This document shows, in pieces, positions 12,598 to 23,240 of a DNA stretch of 64,000 nucleotides. The notes under the pieces are model-generated. The model ran no database searches and had not been told where the DNA came from. It worked only from the letters and a program-made list of their open reading frames with translations. Every line of letters begins with the position of its first letter. The stretch's first letter is position 1. Both the position numbers and the translations under genes were made by a program. The DNA is from a phage, in sequence record PZ809289.1; one strand, given 5' to 3'.

Positions 12598-14187
12598 TTA
12601 TGGTGCTGGGTTTAAAGTCACAAAATCTGACAATAGCACCCACGCATTATCAACAAGAACATATGGAAGTCCATCAGCAACTGGAGCCACTGGTGGACGT
12701 TTAGCAAGTTCAGTTTCTAATGCAGTGATTTTATCTTCTGCTGTAGTAACTCTAGAAGTTAAAGCTGCCACATTACCATCGGTAACAACTAAATCAGCTT
12801 TAACGGTCCCTATTTCAGTAGAAACGTTAGGAACTTCGGTCCACGTAGCATTACGACGAGCATAAAGCTTACCATCGGAAGGGGCATCATTCAACTTACC
12901 TAACATCTGGGTTTCTAAAGAAGTAACCGCGTTAATAAGACCACGTTCTTCTACAGTAGTACCGTTAGGGTTTGTCCCGTCAACCTTATTGGTGAGTTTA
13001 AGTAAAGTACCCTTAATACCGGATTGGTTATTTCCAATTTCTACTTGAATATCCTGGATAGATGAAGTAGATTGGTTTGCTTGGATAATAACGTCATTTA
13101 AACGCTTATTAATGGTCCCAGCTGCCGGAGATACTTCACTACCTAAACGGCGGTTGATATCAGTAACTTGGAAACGTAAGCCATCACTTGAACTAACACC
13201 CACTATGGTTTTAAGGTCATTTACATCAGTACGAAGACCGCTTAAACGTCCATTAATAGAAGTAGGAGTTGATTCAGAACCTATTTGGGTTTCAATTGAT
13301 GTTACACGAGGTTTTAAATCAACGTTGACTGAATTTTCTAGGGTAAGAGTTTTGCTTTCTAAAGTAGTTACTCGGTCCTTTATAGGCATACCGGAGAAAT
13401 CAATATTAGTCTTAATTTCGTCGATAGATGTATTGAAATTAATTGCAGCCGTTTCTAATACAGAAATTCGGGTATAAGCCTGTTGTTTACCTACCGTATC
13501 GGAATGGGGCCCGAGTTCAGCACGAATTTCATTTAATTTAATACCTAGTTGCCCGACGTCAGAATCTTCATAATTCCTTTCAAGGGTATCAATGCGAAGA
13601 CGATGGTCGACCAATTGAGTGGTATTATCAATGATGCGACGTTTCATACCGGTGGCTTCGCTGGTTTCACCAGGAGGCAACGGATTGCCATTTATATCCT
13701 GGTTTTCATAATGACCTATTTCGGTTTTAAGAAGAACAATATTTTCACGTACAGTTAAATATGGGCCATCTTGTAAAGGGTCATGGTAACCAACGTCTTC
13801 TTTTAGGTGGTCTAAATTTATGGTTAAATTGTTTAGCCCAGTAGTGGTTTCGCCTTCTACTCTCTTAAGCTCTACGATATCAACACGGTTTTTCTCAATT
13901 TGTTGGATGACGGAAATATCCGTAGCCATTTCTAAGGCATCATTGATATTATTAACGTTTTCTACCAGTTCGTTAACTTTATCTGCGGTTTTCAAATCAT
14001 TCGCATCAAGAGCTTCAACGTTTTTCTGAACTCCTAAAGCAGCAGCGTTCAAATTACCTTCATTGCCGTATTTTGTTTTTGCTGCAGACATACAATCACC
14101 CTCGCGTATCCATTGGATACGCTTTTGAGGAGCATCAGGTACGCCGTCAACAAATGGTAACTCACTAAGTTCCAATTTGTTAATCAT
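12598..14187 (-). CDS. wac: Fibritin (whisker) Wac
   Basis: 529 aa; N-terminal ELPFVDGVPDAPQKRIQWI and C-terminal foldon-like ...YVLVDNAWVLLSDF resemble T4 Wac. Confidence 0.85.
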   Translation of the reverse strand: MINKLELSELPFVDGVPDAPQKRIQWIREGDCMSAAKTKYGNEGNLNAAALGVQKNVEALDANDLKTADKVNELVENVNNINDALEMATDISVIQQIEKNRVDIVELKRVEGETTTGLNNLTINLDHLKEDVGYHDPLQDGPYLTVRENIVLLKTEIGHYENQDINGNPLPPGETSEATGMKRRIIDNTTQLVDHRLRIDTLERNYEDSDVGQLGIKLNEIRAELGPHSDTVGKQQAYTRISVLETAAINFNTSIDEIKTNIDFSGMPIKDRVTTLESKTLTLENSVNVDLKPRVTSIETQIGSESTPTSINGRLSGLRTDVNDLKTIVGVSSSDGLRFQVTDINRRLGSEVSPAAGTINKRLNDVIIQANQSTSSIQDIQVEIGNNQSGIKGTLLKLTNKVDGTNPNGTTVEERGLINAVTSLETQMLGKLNDAPSDGKLYARRNATWTEVPNVSTEIGTVKADLVVTDGNVAALTSRVTTAEDKITALETELAKRPPVAPVADGLPYVLVDNAWVLLSDFVTLNPAP

Positions 14188-14196
14188 TTTTTACCC

Positions 14197-15723
14197 TTAT
14201 TCTACTTTAATAATAAAAAGAACGGACATTGTCCATGGACGTGTTTCGTTGGCAATAAGACCTTCACTATTCAATGTGGTATGTCCATCACGGTTCCAAG
14301 GATCGGTGGTCTCAAAACCTTCGTTGGTATAATAACTACGGTTATCCCAGTCAAGGCCTTTACGAGTACCAACATATCCGGAGTTAGCGGTGTTACCAAA
14401 AGCGCCATAGTTATCATGTTCACCAAAACCACCAGCATGTTTATGATAACGTAATGCTTGGGCTTGAACGGAAGATTGCGGGAAAGAACCAACACCATTA
14501 CCTAAACGGGCTTTACCTTTACCGTCTTCTCCTCGGTTACCGGCAATATGCGGGTTAACTTCGCCTTCAGAATATCCACCGACCATGTTAGCGCCACGAG
14601 GATATAATCCACGGAAATCTGGAATAGCACCCCACCATCCCCAACGCCCACCAACAGCATTTAAATATGCACCACCAGTGTAAGTCCCACCTACACAAGC
14701 ACGCCATTTACCAGGTATATTACCTTCATTGCCACCCCACATGCAAATAGTACCCACCGGAACGCTATCTGATAATTGGTCATGGGTAACAACATCAACA
14801 CCATTACGACGTAATGCTCCATTAACGTTTAAAGTACCCCATATTTCGCCGCCTGAAGTAGAAATAACGTTAGCATTATAAGCCAGCGCCGTATTACCAT
14901 CGCCTTGGCCTACAGTAGTAGATAAACGAACCAACCCAATACGTCCAGTATTACCTGTACGAGCTAACAAAGAAGCCGGTGTAACTGCGGCGGTATGGTC
15001 GGTACCATTAGATACCATATCCCAACCTGCGAGTTTAATAATACCGCTTCGTTCTTCGGTGGAAGTTAATGTGGCTAATCCTGCCGGAGAAATAGCGATA
15101 CCTACCGAAAGACTTCCATTACCAACCTCTGCATTGGTCGCTAAACGAACTAAACCTTCATTTGTAGTCGTTGCTGTAGAATAAACCGGTAACGCGGCCG
15201 TCGCTGCACCAATTGCCTGAGATACTTTAAGTGGGGTCATTGCTGTGGTATCATCGGTACCAGCTAATGCGGCAGGTGTAGTTGAAATCTTGATAACGCC
15301 TGTAGCGTTCTCTGTTGATAAACGGTTCTCAAATGTATAATCCATTACCGCTTTCAAAGAGGTTGCTACGATTGCAGCCTGGGGCTCTGTGCCTGCTATA
15401 GCTTCAGCGTTAGTAGCATAACGGGTGATACCTACATAAGTTTCTGTTGCCTGAGTAGGAATATCTAAACGGGCTTTTAAAGTTGCTGGAGTCACCGCAC
15501 TATAAGCATCCAATCCATCCATTACTTCTTGTGTGGTTGCAAGACGAATAATACCTTGGGATGTTTCTGTGGCTGAAGGAACATTACCTGTGACGCCGAT
15601 TAATGAAATAGTGGCCAATGCTTCTTGAACATTAGTAATATCAGGCGGGAAATTCGACCCAGTAGGGTCGAATGATTTGAATTCCGATTTATCACTAATG
15701 TGTTTTAGTGTGTTTGTTGACAT
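14197..15723 (-). CDS. 12: Short tail fibre gp12
   Basis: 508 aa; N-terminus ...FDPTGSNFPPDITNVQ and C-terminus YHKHAGGFGEHDNYGAFGN...GTRKGLDWDNRSY...GNETRPW match T4 gp12. Confidence 0.9.
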   Translation of the reverse strand: MSTNTLKHISDKSEFKSFDPTGSNFPPDITNVQEALATISLIGVTGNVPSATETSQGIIRLATTQEVMDGLDAYSAVTPATLKARLDIPTQATETYVGITRYATNAEAIAGTEPQAAIVATSLKAVMDYTFENRLSTENATGVIKISTTPAALAGTDDTTAMTPLKVSQAIGAATAALPVYSTATTTNEGLVRLATNAEVGNGSLSVGIAISPAGLATLTSTEERSGIIKLAGWDMVSNGTDHTAAVTPASLLARTGNTGRIGLVRLSTTVGQGDGNTALAYNANVISTSGGEIWGTLNVNGALRRNGVDVVTHDQLSDSVPVGTICMWGGNEGNIPGKWRACVGGTYTGGAYLNAVGGRWGWWGAIPDFRGLYPRGANMVGGYSEGEVNPHIAGNRGEDGKGKARLGNGVGSFPQSSVQAQALRYHKHAGGFGEHDNYGAFGNTANSGYVGTRKGLDWDNRSYYTNEGFETTDPWNRDGHTTLNSEGLIANETRPWTMSVLFIIKVE

Positions 15724-16388
15724 TAATATAATCTCTTATAGTAATATAAAGGAATCGTGCCGTTAACTGTACCACCTGCTAACGATTGGGTAGAGTTACC
15801 TAAGTATTCCCACTTACCGTATCCAGCCCTTGGCTGTTGGACTATAGTATGGGAAATTGTACAACCCGATTGTTTATATGGTGAAAAAATATGATTCTGA
15901 TAGTCATTGTATTTAATATTCAAGGTAGATTGGTCTAAGGCATCAATAGCAGTTTCGGCTAAAATATAGCTATTAGCAATAGCGTCTAAAAACACATCAT
16001 TTACTTTAGATGCAACCAATACAGATGAATCGCCAACTAAGACCTCTACAGGAAGTCCGAACACTTTAATAATAACCGGGTCGCCAAGTTCACCGCCTGA
16101 AGAAATAGAACCGGTAAATGTAATTTTATCAGATTGCTGGATAAATCCAGGTGCTCTGTTTTCTGTGGTAATAATAACAGAGTTCACAGGAAGCTCTGTT
16201 CTAAATGCAATATCATCTATTGCACTTTGGACTGTAGGAAAATAAACACCCTTCTGGGTTTGGTTTGCAGAAGGCCCACCGATAGGACGTTGGTCAGCGA
16301 CAGCAGTAGGCTTGTCACTAGTGTAAGATAATTCCAAATAATCGGCTAAGCGGGATTTTAACCCGCTTTTCATTTCAGTTAAAGTCAT
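15723..16388 (-). CDS. 11: Baseplate wedge protein gp11
   Basis: 221 aa; synteny. Confidence 0.8.
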   Translation of the reverse strand: MTLTEMKSGLKSRLADYLELSYTSDKPTAVADQRPIGGPSANQTQKGVYFPTVQSAIDDIAFRTELPVNSVIITTENRAPGFIQQSDKITFTGSISSGGELGDPVIIKVFGLPVEVLVGDSSVLVASKVNDVFLDAIANSYILAETAIDALDQSTLNIKYNDYQNHIFSPYKQSGCTISHTIVQQPRAGYGKWEYLGNSTQSLAGGTVNGTIPLYYYKRLY

Positions 16389-18199
16389 TATGCAATCCTC
16401 ATCCAGCGATGAACAGTTAAGTATGGTGGTAGAGTATTAACCGGGATAGGAGTGGTTCCTTGAGCCTTATTAATACTGGCTTTATCTTCACGATATTTTG
16501 TATAAGCCGGTCCTTGTGAATCAGGGTCAACTAAACACCCACCTACAAAAATAGGGCCATCGTTATCAGCAATAAGGACTTTATCATCGGTATTAAGTTC
16601 AGGGATATTCTCATATTTCAAATTAGCCACATGAGCGCCACCAGTACCGCCAGCAGTTGACTGTGGAATACCGGCAGAATCCAGATCGTTGTTATTTGCA
16701 TTAAACAAAGAACTAGCGTCAGGAGACCAACCTACCAAGAACACATCAGATAAACGCTTCCATGAACCAAAGCCCATATAAGTTTTAGGGTTATTAGGGT
16801 TCACCGTATTCTCATAGATGGTTCCTATTGGATAAACCAAATCAAAAAACGTTGCTGCTGTATCTATTGTAATATTGGACGCGGCGACCGGTTCAACGTT
16901 AGGTGCAAAAGGATTATCTACATCAGTAATACGAACCTGCCCTGTTATATCAATCGATGGGCCTTTAGAAATATAGATGTTGTTGGTATAATCCAAAATC
17001 TCATCAATTTCCATGGTAGTACCGATATCATTATTGTACCAAATTACTGTAAGAATATCGCCATGTTCAAAGTTACGTCCAAATTCGATGGATTCAATCT
17101 TGTCTTCAGGAGTCAAATTAAAAATATAGTCTGATTTAGATTGGGTCCATTGACCACCAGCATTAAAACACTCGGTAGCAGTACGACCATCAGCACCTTC
17201 ACAATAAAACGAAGGAAGTCCTGCCGTACCAGCTTGATGAAGTAATGTGCTATTCAGCATAACTTGGCAAGCATTTGGGTTGATAGGACTATTAACAGAA
17301 ATATTCAAATCTGCGGCCGATATAACATGCGAAGTATTCAAATCAGCCACGAAAGAAGAACCAGGAACAGAAACGTTTTTAGTCAATTCTGAACTTTGGA
17401 TTGTTATATCACGGCGGTTATAAGAACTGCGCCATTGAGCAAGCCCGTCATTATATGATTTGATAATAACAGTATCACCTGCTTCACAAGGATATTTTAA
17501 ACGGATGTCTTTACCATTCAAGGCAACCAATTCACCTGGTTGAGCACCCGGAGAACCGAACTCTGCAGTAGCCGCATCAAAAATATCATCAATACCGTAG
17601 AACAAATTGTTACCACGTTGCGAAACGCTTAAACTTGCTACGTTATAAGAAAGCCCTGGGAAAATGTCTAGAAAGTCTGTTTGACCTTCAGTGGCAATAA
17701 ACTGCTTAGTTGCTACAGTAGCGAGGTCGTTATTTGGAATACGGTTTACTTGCTTATTTTCAACGTATTCCCATCGTCCTGGGGCACAATAAACTAATTC
17801 AAGGTCCGAGAAGTTGCGAGCAATTTCTACTTGAGTAGCTGAACCCTTAATGGTATCACCCGTGGCAGGGATTAGGGTTACAGGGTTAGCTTGCCATGAG
17901 GAATACACATCACGTACACGGATAACAAAGTTATATTCTTCAGGAGAGCCTTTAGGAAGCTGAACGTTAATACGCCCACCTTGAGTATTAAGGGTATAGC
18001 TATGACCCATTACAGCGTTCAACAAAGCACCATCTGCAGTAGAATGCTGTTTCCAAGCGCCTGCTGCATGAGGGTTGTTGCCATCACCTAATTGGTAATA
18101 AAGCTCATTGAAGTTGTTATTAATTTTAAGACCACCTGCACGCAGGTAATCACCGGACCCGTCATCAACAGCGGAACCTACTTTTAAGTCTTGTTTCAT
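16388..18199 (-). CDS. 10: Baseplate wedge protein gp10
   Basis: 603 aa; synteny. Confidence 0.8.
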   Translation of the reverse strand: MKQDLKVGSAVDDGSGDYLRAGGLKINNNFNELYYQLGDGNNPHAAGAWKQHSTADGALLNAVMGHSYTLNTQGGRINVQLPKGSPEEYNFVIRVRDVYSSWQANPVTLIPATGDTIKGSATQVEIARNFSDLELVYCAPGRWEYVENKQVNRIPNNDLATVATKQFIATEGQTDFLDIFPGLSYNVASLSVSQRGNNLFYGIDDIFDAATAEFGSPGAQPGELVALNGKDIRLKYPCEAGDTVIIKSYNDGLAQWRSSYNRRDITIQSSELTKNVSVPGSSFVADLNTSHVISAADLNISVNSPINPNACQVMLNSTLLHQAGTAGLPSFYCEGADGRTATECFNAGGQWTQSKSDYIFNLTPEDKIESIEFGRNFEHGDILTVIWYNNDIGTTMEIDEILDYTNNIYISKGPSIDITGQVRITDVDNPFAPNVEPVAASNITIDTAATFFDLVYPIGTIYENTVNPNNPKTYMGFGSWKRLSDVFLVGWSPDASSLFNANNNDLDSAGIPQSTAGGTGGAHVANLKYENIPELNTDDKVLIADNDGPIFVGGCLVDPDSQGPAYTKYREDKASINKAQGTTPIPVNTLPPYLTVHRWMRIA

Positions 18200-19059
18200 T
18201 ATACTGGAACTCCAATAGTTTGGGTTTCTACGACCTTAATTGCAAGCCTCATAGGATTGACAGAAGAAGCGGTCGCGATAATATAGTTTGATGTATCGAA
18301 TTTAAAATCTAGGGAATAAATTTCGTCATCATCTGAAGTTTGCCCACGTTTAATAACAGCGTATTCGGTGGAATAAATCTTTTTAGCTTGGTTGTCGATA
18401 AATACAAGATATTCTGAAGCTTTGTAAATGGTTTCGTTGGCATTCACTGCCGTAACTAAAAGTTTGACCAATGAATACTGGCCGGAATAAACCACCGGAA
18501 TATCACGAGCGACAGAAGATATATTATATGTCTTATTTAATGGAACTCGTTTATCACCAAACATACTTTCAATTGAATAATCCCATACTGCAACGCCGTT
18601 TGTATCTGATACACACCATAAAAGAACTCGTGTATAAGGTGTTACGATACGCAAAGTCGAAGTTGAATGGCTTGCAAAAGTATCCAATATACGGATTTCA
18701 AGATAATTAGTGGAAGAAATACTCCCGTTAGAGTTGATAATCTCGATTCCTTCACCGACTGCACCTTTTACAGTGGTTAATACGATAGAACCGGTAGAAG
18801 CATCGATATCCACCAAAGAGCCTAAATCTACTGAGCTTGCTTGGTCCATATCACCAAATTTTTGATAATAACCTGTAGCGTGTAATTTCTGACCGGTTAA
18901 TTCACCAGTTAAAGCAGTTTTGCGTTGGTCGCCGAAAGTATTATATATGTTGTTTAAGTCAGTGTTCAGTTTAACACCGCCATCATAAAGAATGTCGCCG
19001 GTGCTGGCATTACCAATTTCACCGACGTCAATTAGTTCTTTACCAGTTTGCTTAATCAT
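18199..19059 (-). CDS. 9: Baseplate wedge protein gp9 (long tail fibre socket)
   Basis: 286 aa; synteny. Confidence 0.8.
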   Translation of the reverse strand: MIKQTGKELIDVGEIGNASTGDILYDGGVKLNTDLNNIYNTFGDQRKTALTGELTGQKLHATGYYQKFGDMDQASSVDLGSLVDIDASTGSIVLTTVKGAVGEGIEIINSNGSISSTNYLEIRILDTFASHSTSTLRIVTPYTRVLLWCVSDTNGVAVWDYSIESMFGDKRVPLNKTYNISSVARDIPVVYSGQYSLVKLLVTAVNANETIYKASEYLVFIDNQAKKIYSTEYAVIKRGQTSDDDEIYSLDFKFDTSNYIIATASSVNPMRLAIKVVETQTIGVPV

Positions 19060-19120
19060 AGGTATGCCTCATTATTGATATACTGTATTTATTAAACCCG
19101 AAAGGGCCTTGCGGCCCTTA

Positions 19121-20125
19121 TTAGAATTCGAAGATAATGTTAATTTCTTCTGTTTGGTCCATGGAACGAATAACCGGAGGACGGTTTTCCATATAAATCA
19201 TTTCACCTGAATGGCGGGAGAGGTCTATAACATCATAGTACTCTTTTTCGGCTTTAATGATCGGATCGGATGGGTGAGCTTTAGCTTCTAATGGATTAGA
19301 GATTATCGAAAGCTGTCTAAATCCTTTGTTACCAGGAAGACTAAATTCAGGGAAGTAAACTGAATCTAAGAATGCTTTAAAACGAATGGTATTGCCTTTA
19401 ATACGATAAATCAATCCATAATCGTCTTGCTGCCAAGTAAGGTTATTCTCGTATCCCCAACGTTCCGGGTCTTCGGCAATTTCTTCTGGCCATGGAACCA
19501 CGATATATTCATTAGTGCAACGGTTAATACTTACATCAGGTGGAATCTCATACAAATATTCCCAGAGATACCCATCACCCGTATCAACCATACCTTCCGT
19601 ATCACCTTGACCTGCTGGAGCTTTAACCGACTGTACATTTGAGGTCCATTTACCACCAAGTTTAATACACTCAGTTTTATTATCAAGGGACAAAATAGAA
19701 CATGTACCTGATTCTGGGATATCTACACAACGATAAACCATCCACCCGGCACCGACATCAGTACGGTTTTGCGGCTGGCTGTTCGCCACTACAATTTCAC
19801 CAATCTGGAAAGTAAACGGATTAGGATAAGAGGTATCGCCCCAGTCTTTGCGCGGGACAACACAATCCAACATGCTCTTATAAACCTTAACGCATCCCAT
19901 CATGTTTGTCCAGACGTCTTCTACGCCTTCAGAATCATCTACAGGATATGGCGGGGCAAAACCTGGGTCGTTTTCGTTATCGGCCCATGGTCGGGCCCTT
20001 CCGAAAGATACATACATGGTGTTCTGGTCTTCACCATCACCTATTGTTCTGTAAAAGTTGTACATTTTTTCCGTTCTAAATTTTGAAGTAACAATAGAAC
20101 GATAAACTACTGTAGAATTAATCAT
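19121..20125 (-). CDS. 8: Baseplate wedge protein gp8
   Basis: 334 aa, same as T4 gp8; synteny. Confidence 0.8.
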   Translation of the reverse strand: MINSTVVYRSIVTSKFRTEKMYNFYRTIGDGEDQNTMYVSFGRARPWADNENDPGFAPPYPVDDSEGVEDVWTNMMGCVKVYKSMLDCVVPRKDWGDTSYPNPFTFQIGEIVVANSQPQNRTDVGAGWMVYRCVDIPESGTCSILSLDNKTECIKLGGKWTSNVQSVKAPAGQGDTEGMVDTGDGYLWEYLYEIPPDVSINRCTNEYIVVPWPEEIAEDPERWGYENNLTWQQDDYGLIYRIKGNTIRFKAFLDSVYFPEFSLPGNKGFRQLSIISNPLEAKAHPSDPIIKAEKEYYDVIDLSRHSGEMIYMENRPPVIRSMDQTEEINIIFEF

Positions 20126-23100
20126 TAATTTTTACCTGAGTTGGAACTTTAGGGTCTCTAGGATTTCCAATATCGTCTTTAAGACGCTTATCAACCAGTG
20201 CACGCCAATTGGCAAAGGTCACAGCACTTTGGTCAAACAATGGACTATGCTTTTTAATACGTTCGTGTGGTAATTGACCTTGGAATACAGAGAAATCATT
20301 TTCCGCATCATAATCTGCAGGGATATCAAACGGTTCTCCTGCTTTAGGTCCAACGTTATAAACCGGAAGTCCTGTTCTAGGGTCTCGTTCTATATTACCA
20401 TCAAAACCTATTACAGCAACTCTATCATACCATTCAGATGGCAAACCTGAGTCCCATTTGTAGTTCTTAAGGATATTAATAATAGTTTCTGTATGTTTTA
20501 GCGTTAAACCTACGTTAACGAACATAGAAAGCAAAGTTATACCTACAAAGCCGAAACCTACTGGATGAACAAATCTCAAAACATCGTTGCGATAACGAGA
20601 AGTAGGGAGATTAGACTTAATGGTCATCACATAATAAGAACGGTTACGGTTGATATAGTCGATATTGTTACTCAAAAGCTCTTTACCACGTACGCCCTGA
20701 ACAATCATACCCTTGAACGAAGTACGTTCAGATTTAATTTCCTGTCCGACTATAAAACGACCTAAAAGATTATGAATGGTTAAACGCCATTGCAGTTTAC
20801 CATCTTTGTAATTTCGTTCTATATAAGTAACATTACTACGACCTGTAGGAGTATAAATCGTTTGGCCTACGATATCTTCACTGATATTATCAGATTCTAC
20901 GATGATATCATATTCGATAGAGTTCTTGGACTCGATATCAATTTCTACATCTTCATTGTAAAGCAATTTAAACAGGAATTTATATGAAGCTTCGGTACCT
21001 TTTGTAGACCAAAAATCGGTTTGGCGCGCCTGGAAAAAACGAACTACTTCGTCGCGTTTTTCTTTCGACAAATAGATATTACGCTTATAGATTTCCGACC
21101 ACAAATATTCCCATGAATCTTCTTCACGTGGGTATTGGTTACGAATAAGATTCAACAAATTATTATAGTGTGTACCTGAGCCATCACTAATAAATTGGAG
21201 ATAGTATTCACAGAATTTTTCAAAGTTGCTATCTTGAAGCAAATAACTATCTGGAATCATTTTAACCAGTAAAGGCTGGAGGTCCGGGTCTTGCTCACCA
21301 ACTTCCTCTTTAGGTTTCCACGGGATTTCATGTTCTTGGTTTTGCAATTCAGCCGTAAACATAATTTCTTTAGGCTTCCAAATAACACGGACTTCATCGC
21401 GTACACGATAGTCGAATTCAAAATATCCAACCAATTCACCTGTAGATTTGTGAATCATCATTCCAGAAGAATATTTCTTAAAGCCGTTGAACTCTATATT
21501 AGGAGATGTGACTTTACAAAAACCTTTACTCCAAATCTCATGAACAATACGTTCAGGTGAAGAACCACTGTTCAGGTCGATAATTTTCTGGTATAAAGCA
21601 TCGTTATAAACAACCATCGCATGGTCACCGGTGGTAATCCATGAACGGGTTCCATCGCGTCGAGACCAACTAAAGAATGGTTCGGCATAATAAGCCATAC
21701 GCCCAGGTTTAAATTCTTTGAAATCGGATTTAGAGTTAGACCTAAAACTCATCATCAAATAATGTTTATCGTGAATCCATTGTTCATCTTTAACATATTT
21801 AACGGCGTAGGTGACAATTTCAGGGTATTCCAAAGGAAGCTCAGAATCAACCTCTACTTCATATCTAAAGTTGCTTGAACTGAAAAATAATTCCTCTCCA
21901 TCAGTAGACATGCTGGTATATCCATGCTCTATACGACGACGTTCTTCTTCAGTGTTTCCAAATACACGGGTCCATGTATCAGTTGAAGTGTCTAACCAAT
22001 AAACACCTTTGGATTCAGAATCAACCACATTGGATTCGACCGTAGGGTCCATTTTTTCTTCTTTAACTTCACCTGTAATTAAAGCAAATGTATGGCCTTG
22101 GATAGAATCTAATTTATAACAAACAGCTTTAGGGTTCCCTGTGATAGTCGAATATCCGCTTTCAAATATCTTCTCTCCATAAGTCGGAGAACTAGGGTCG
22201 GTGTCTATAGGGGCCTCAGATGTTTTTGCTTTATAAACTCTGTCTCTACCTGCAACATAAATGAAATCATCAGAAGCGCATATAGCTTCAGCAATAGTGG
22301 AAATAGGCAAAGGAAGTTTTGCATATGACCCAAATATCTCGATTTCAAATGGAAGGTCGATATCACTACCTATTTTAGCAAATGTTATATCTTGGGAGCT
22401 AAAACGGACATCATCAGCAGACCAACGAATATCACTTGATTTACGTCCGTAAAATATTTGGTCATAACCTAGAACATACGTAGTAGTTTCAGTTTGGTAA
22501 TGTGCCGTACGTGAAACAGGGTTACCTACTCGGTCATTAAACAAACGGATATAATGCCAGTTCTGCCCTTTATCATTAGAAACCTTAGCGGTACTTTGGA
22601 ATCTTTCTAAAAGGTAAAGTACACCACCAAGTTCCATTAAAATAGAACGTTTAGGGTCTTTACAAACCGCTTGGATGCTTCCTTGGATTTCATGGAAACG
22701 GTCGGCTTTTAAAACATAATTTGATATAGATGACAAATGCGAATACGCTGGCGTAAAGTTAAAATCTTCCGTCATTAAGGAAGCCATAATGGCATCGGTA
22801 TTAAAGTTCACATAATTCTGATTATTTTTTGTGAATTTTTCTTCAATAAATTTATTAGACAAAGTGAATTCGCGCATATGCTCAAATGTATATGCGTTGG
22901 TAGAGAAAGTTTCAAATTCTTCAGTGTAAACCCATTCGGACTGCTCAAACCCCTGGGCGGCCACCGCAACTCGCATTTTATAAAATGAATTAGGAGAAAT
23001 GAATGCCTCTTCAAACCATTCGTTATTAGGGGTGTAACCTAAATTTCTCCAAAATAATCTATCGTCGGGAATTTCTACACCCGCATCCTTCGTTTGGGCC

Positions 23101-23213
23101 AGTTCTACGAAATAATAGAAGTTGGCGCCTACGTCATCCCAAAGAATGCTCACATGGTTAGCCGAGAGTTTATCAATTCTCAGACTAGTAACATAAGGCG
23201 CTTGTACAGACAT
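20118..23213 (-). CDS. 7: Baseplate wedge initiator gp7
   Basis: 1031 aa; synteny. Confidence 0.8.
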   Translation of the reverse strand: MSVQAPYVTSLRIDKLSANHVSILWDDVGANFYYFVELAQTKDAGVEIPDDRLFWRNLGYTPNNEWFEEAFISPNSFYKMRVAVAAQGFEQSEWVYTEEFETFSTNAYTFEHMREFTLSNKFIEEKFTKNNQNYVNFNTDAIMASLMTEDFNFTPAYSHLSSISNYVLKADRFHEIQGSIQAVCKDPKRSILMELGGVLYLLERFQSTAKVSNDKGQNWHYIRLFNDRVGNPVSRTAHYQTETTTYVLGYDQIFYGRKSSDIRWSADDVRFSSQDITFAKIGSDIDLPFEIEIFGSYAKLPLPISTIAEAICASDDFIYVAGRDRVYKAKTSEAPIDTDPSSPTYGEKIFESGYSTITGNPKAVCYKLDSIQGHTFALITGEVKEEKMDPTVESNVVDSESKGVYWLDTSTDTWTRVFGNTEEERRRIEHGYTSMSTDGEELFFSSSNFRYEVEVDSELPLEYPEIVTYAVKYVKDEQWIHDKHYLMMSFRSNSKSDFKEFKPGRMAYYAEPFFSWSRRDGTRSWITTGDHAMVVYNDALYQKIIDLNSGSSPERIVHEIWSKGFCKVTSPNIEFNGFKKYSSGMMIHKSTGELVGYFEFDYRVRDEVRVIWKPKEIMFTAELQNQEHEIPWKPKEEVGEQDPDLQPLLVKMIPDSYLLQDSNFEKFCEYYLQFISDGSGTHYNNLLNLIRNQYPREEDSWEYLWSEIYKRNIYLSKEKRDEVVRFFQARQTDFWSTKGTEASYKFLFKLLYNEDVEIDIESKNSIEYDIIVESDNISEDIVGQTIYTPTGRSNVTYIERNYKDGKLQWRLTIHNLLGRFIVGQEIKSERTSFKGMIVQGVRGKELLSNNIDYINRNRSYYVMTIKSNLPTSRYRNDVLRFVHPVGFGFVGITLLSMFVNVGLTLKHTETIINILKNYKWDSGLPSEWYDRVAVIGFDGNIERDPRTGLPVYNVGPKAGEPFDIPADYDAENDFSVFQGQLPHERIKKHSPLFDQSAVTFANWRALVDKRLKDDIGNPRDPKVPTQVKIND

Positions 23214-23240
23214 TAAATCTCCTTAAACCTCCGAAGAGGT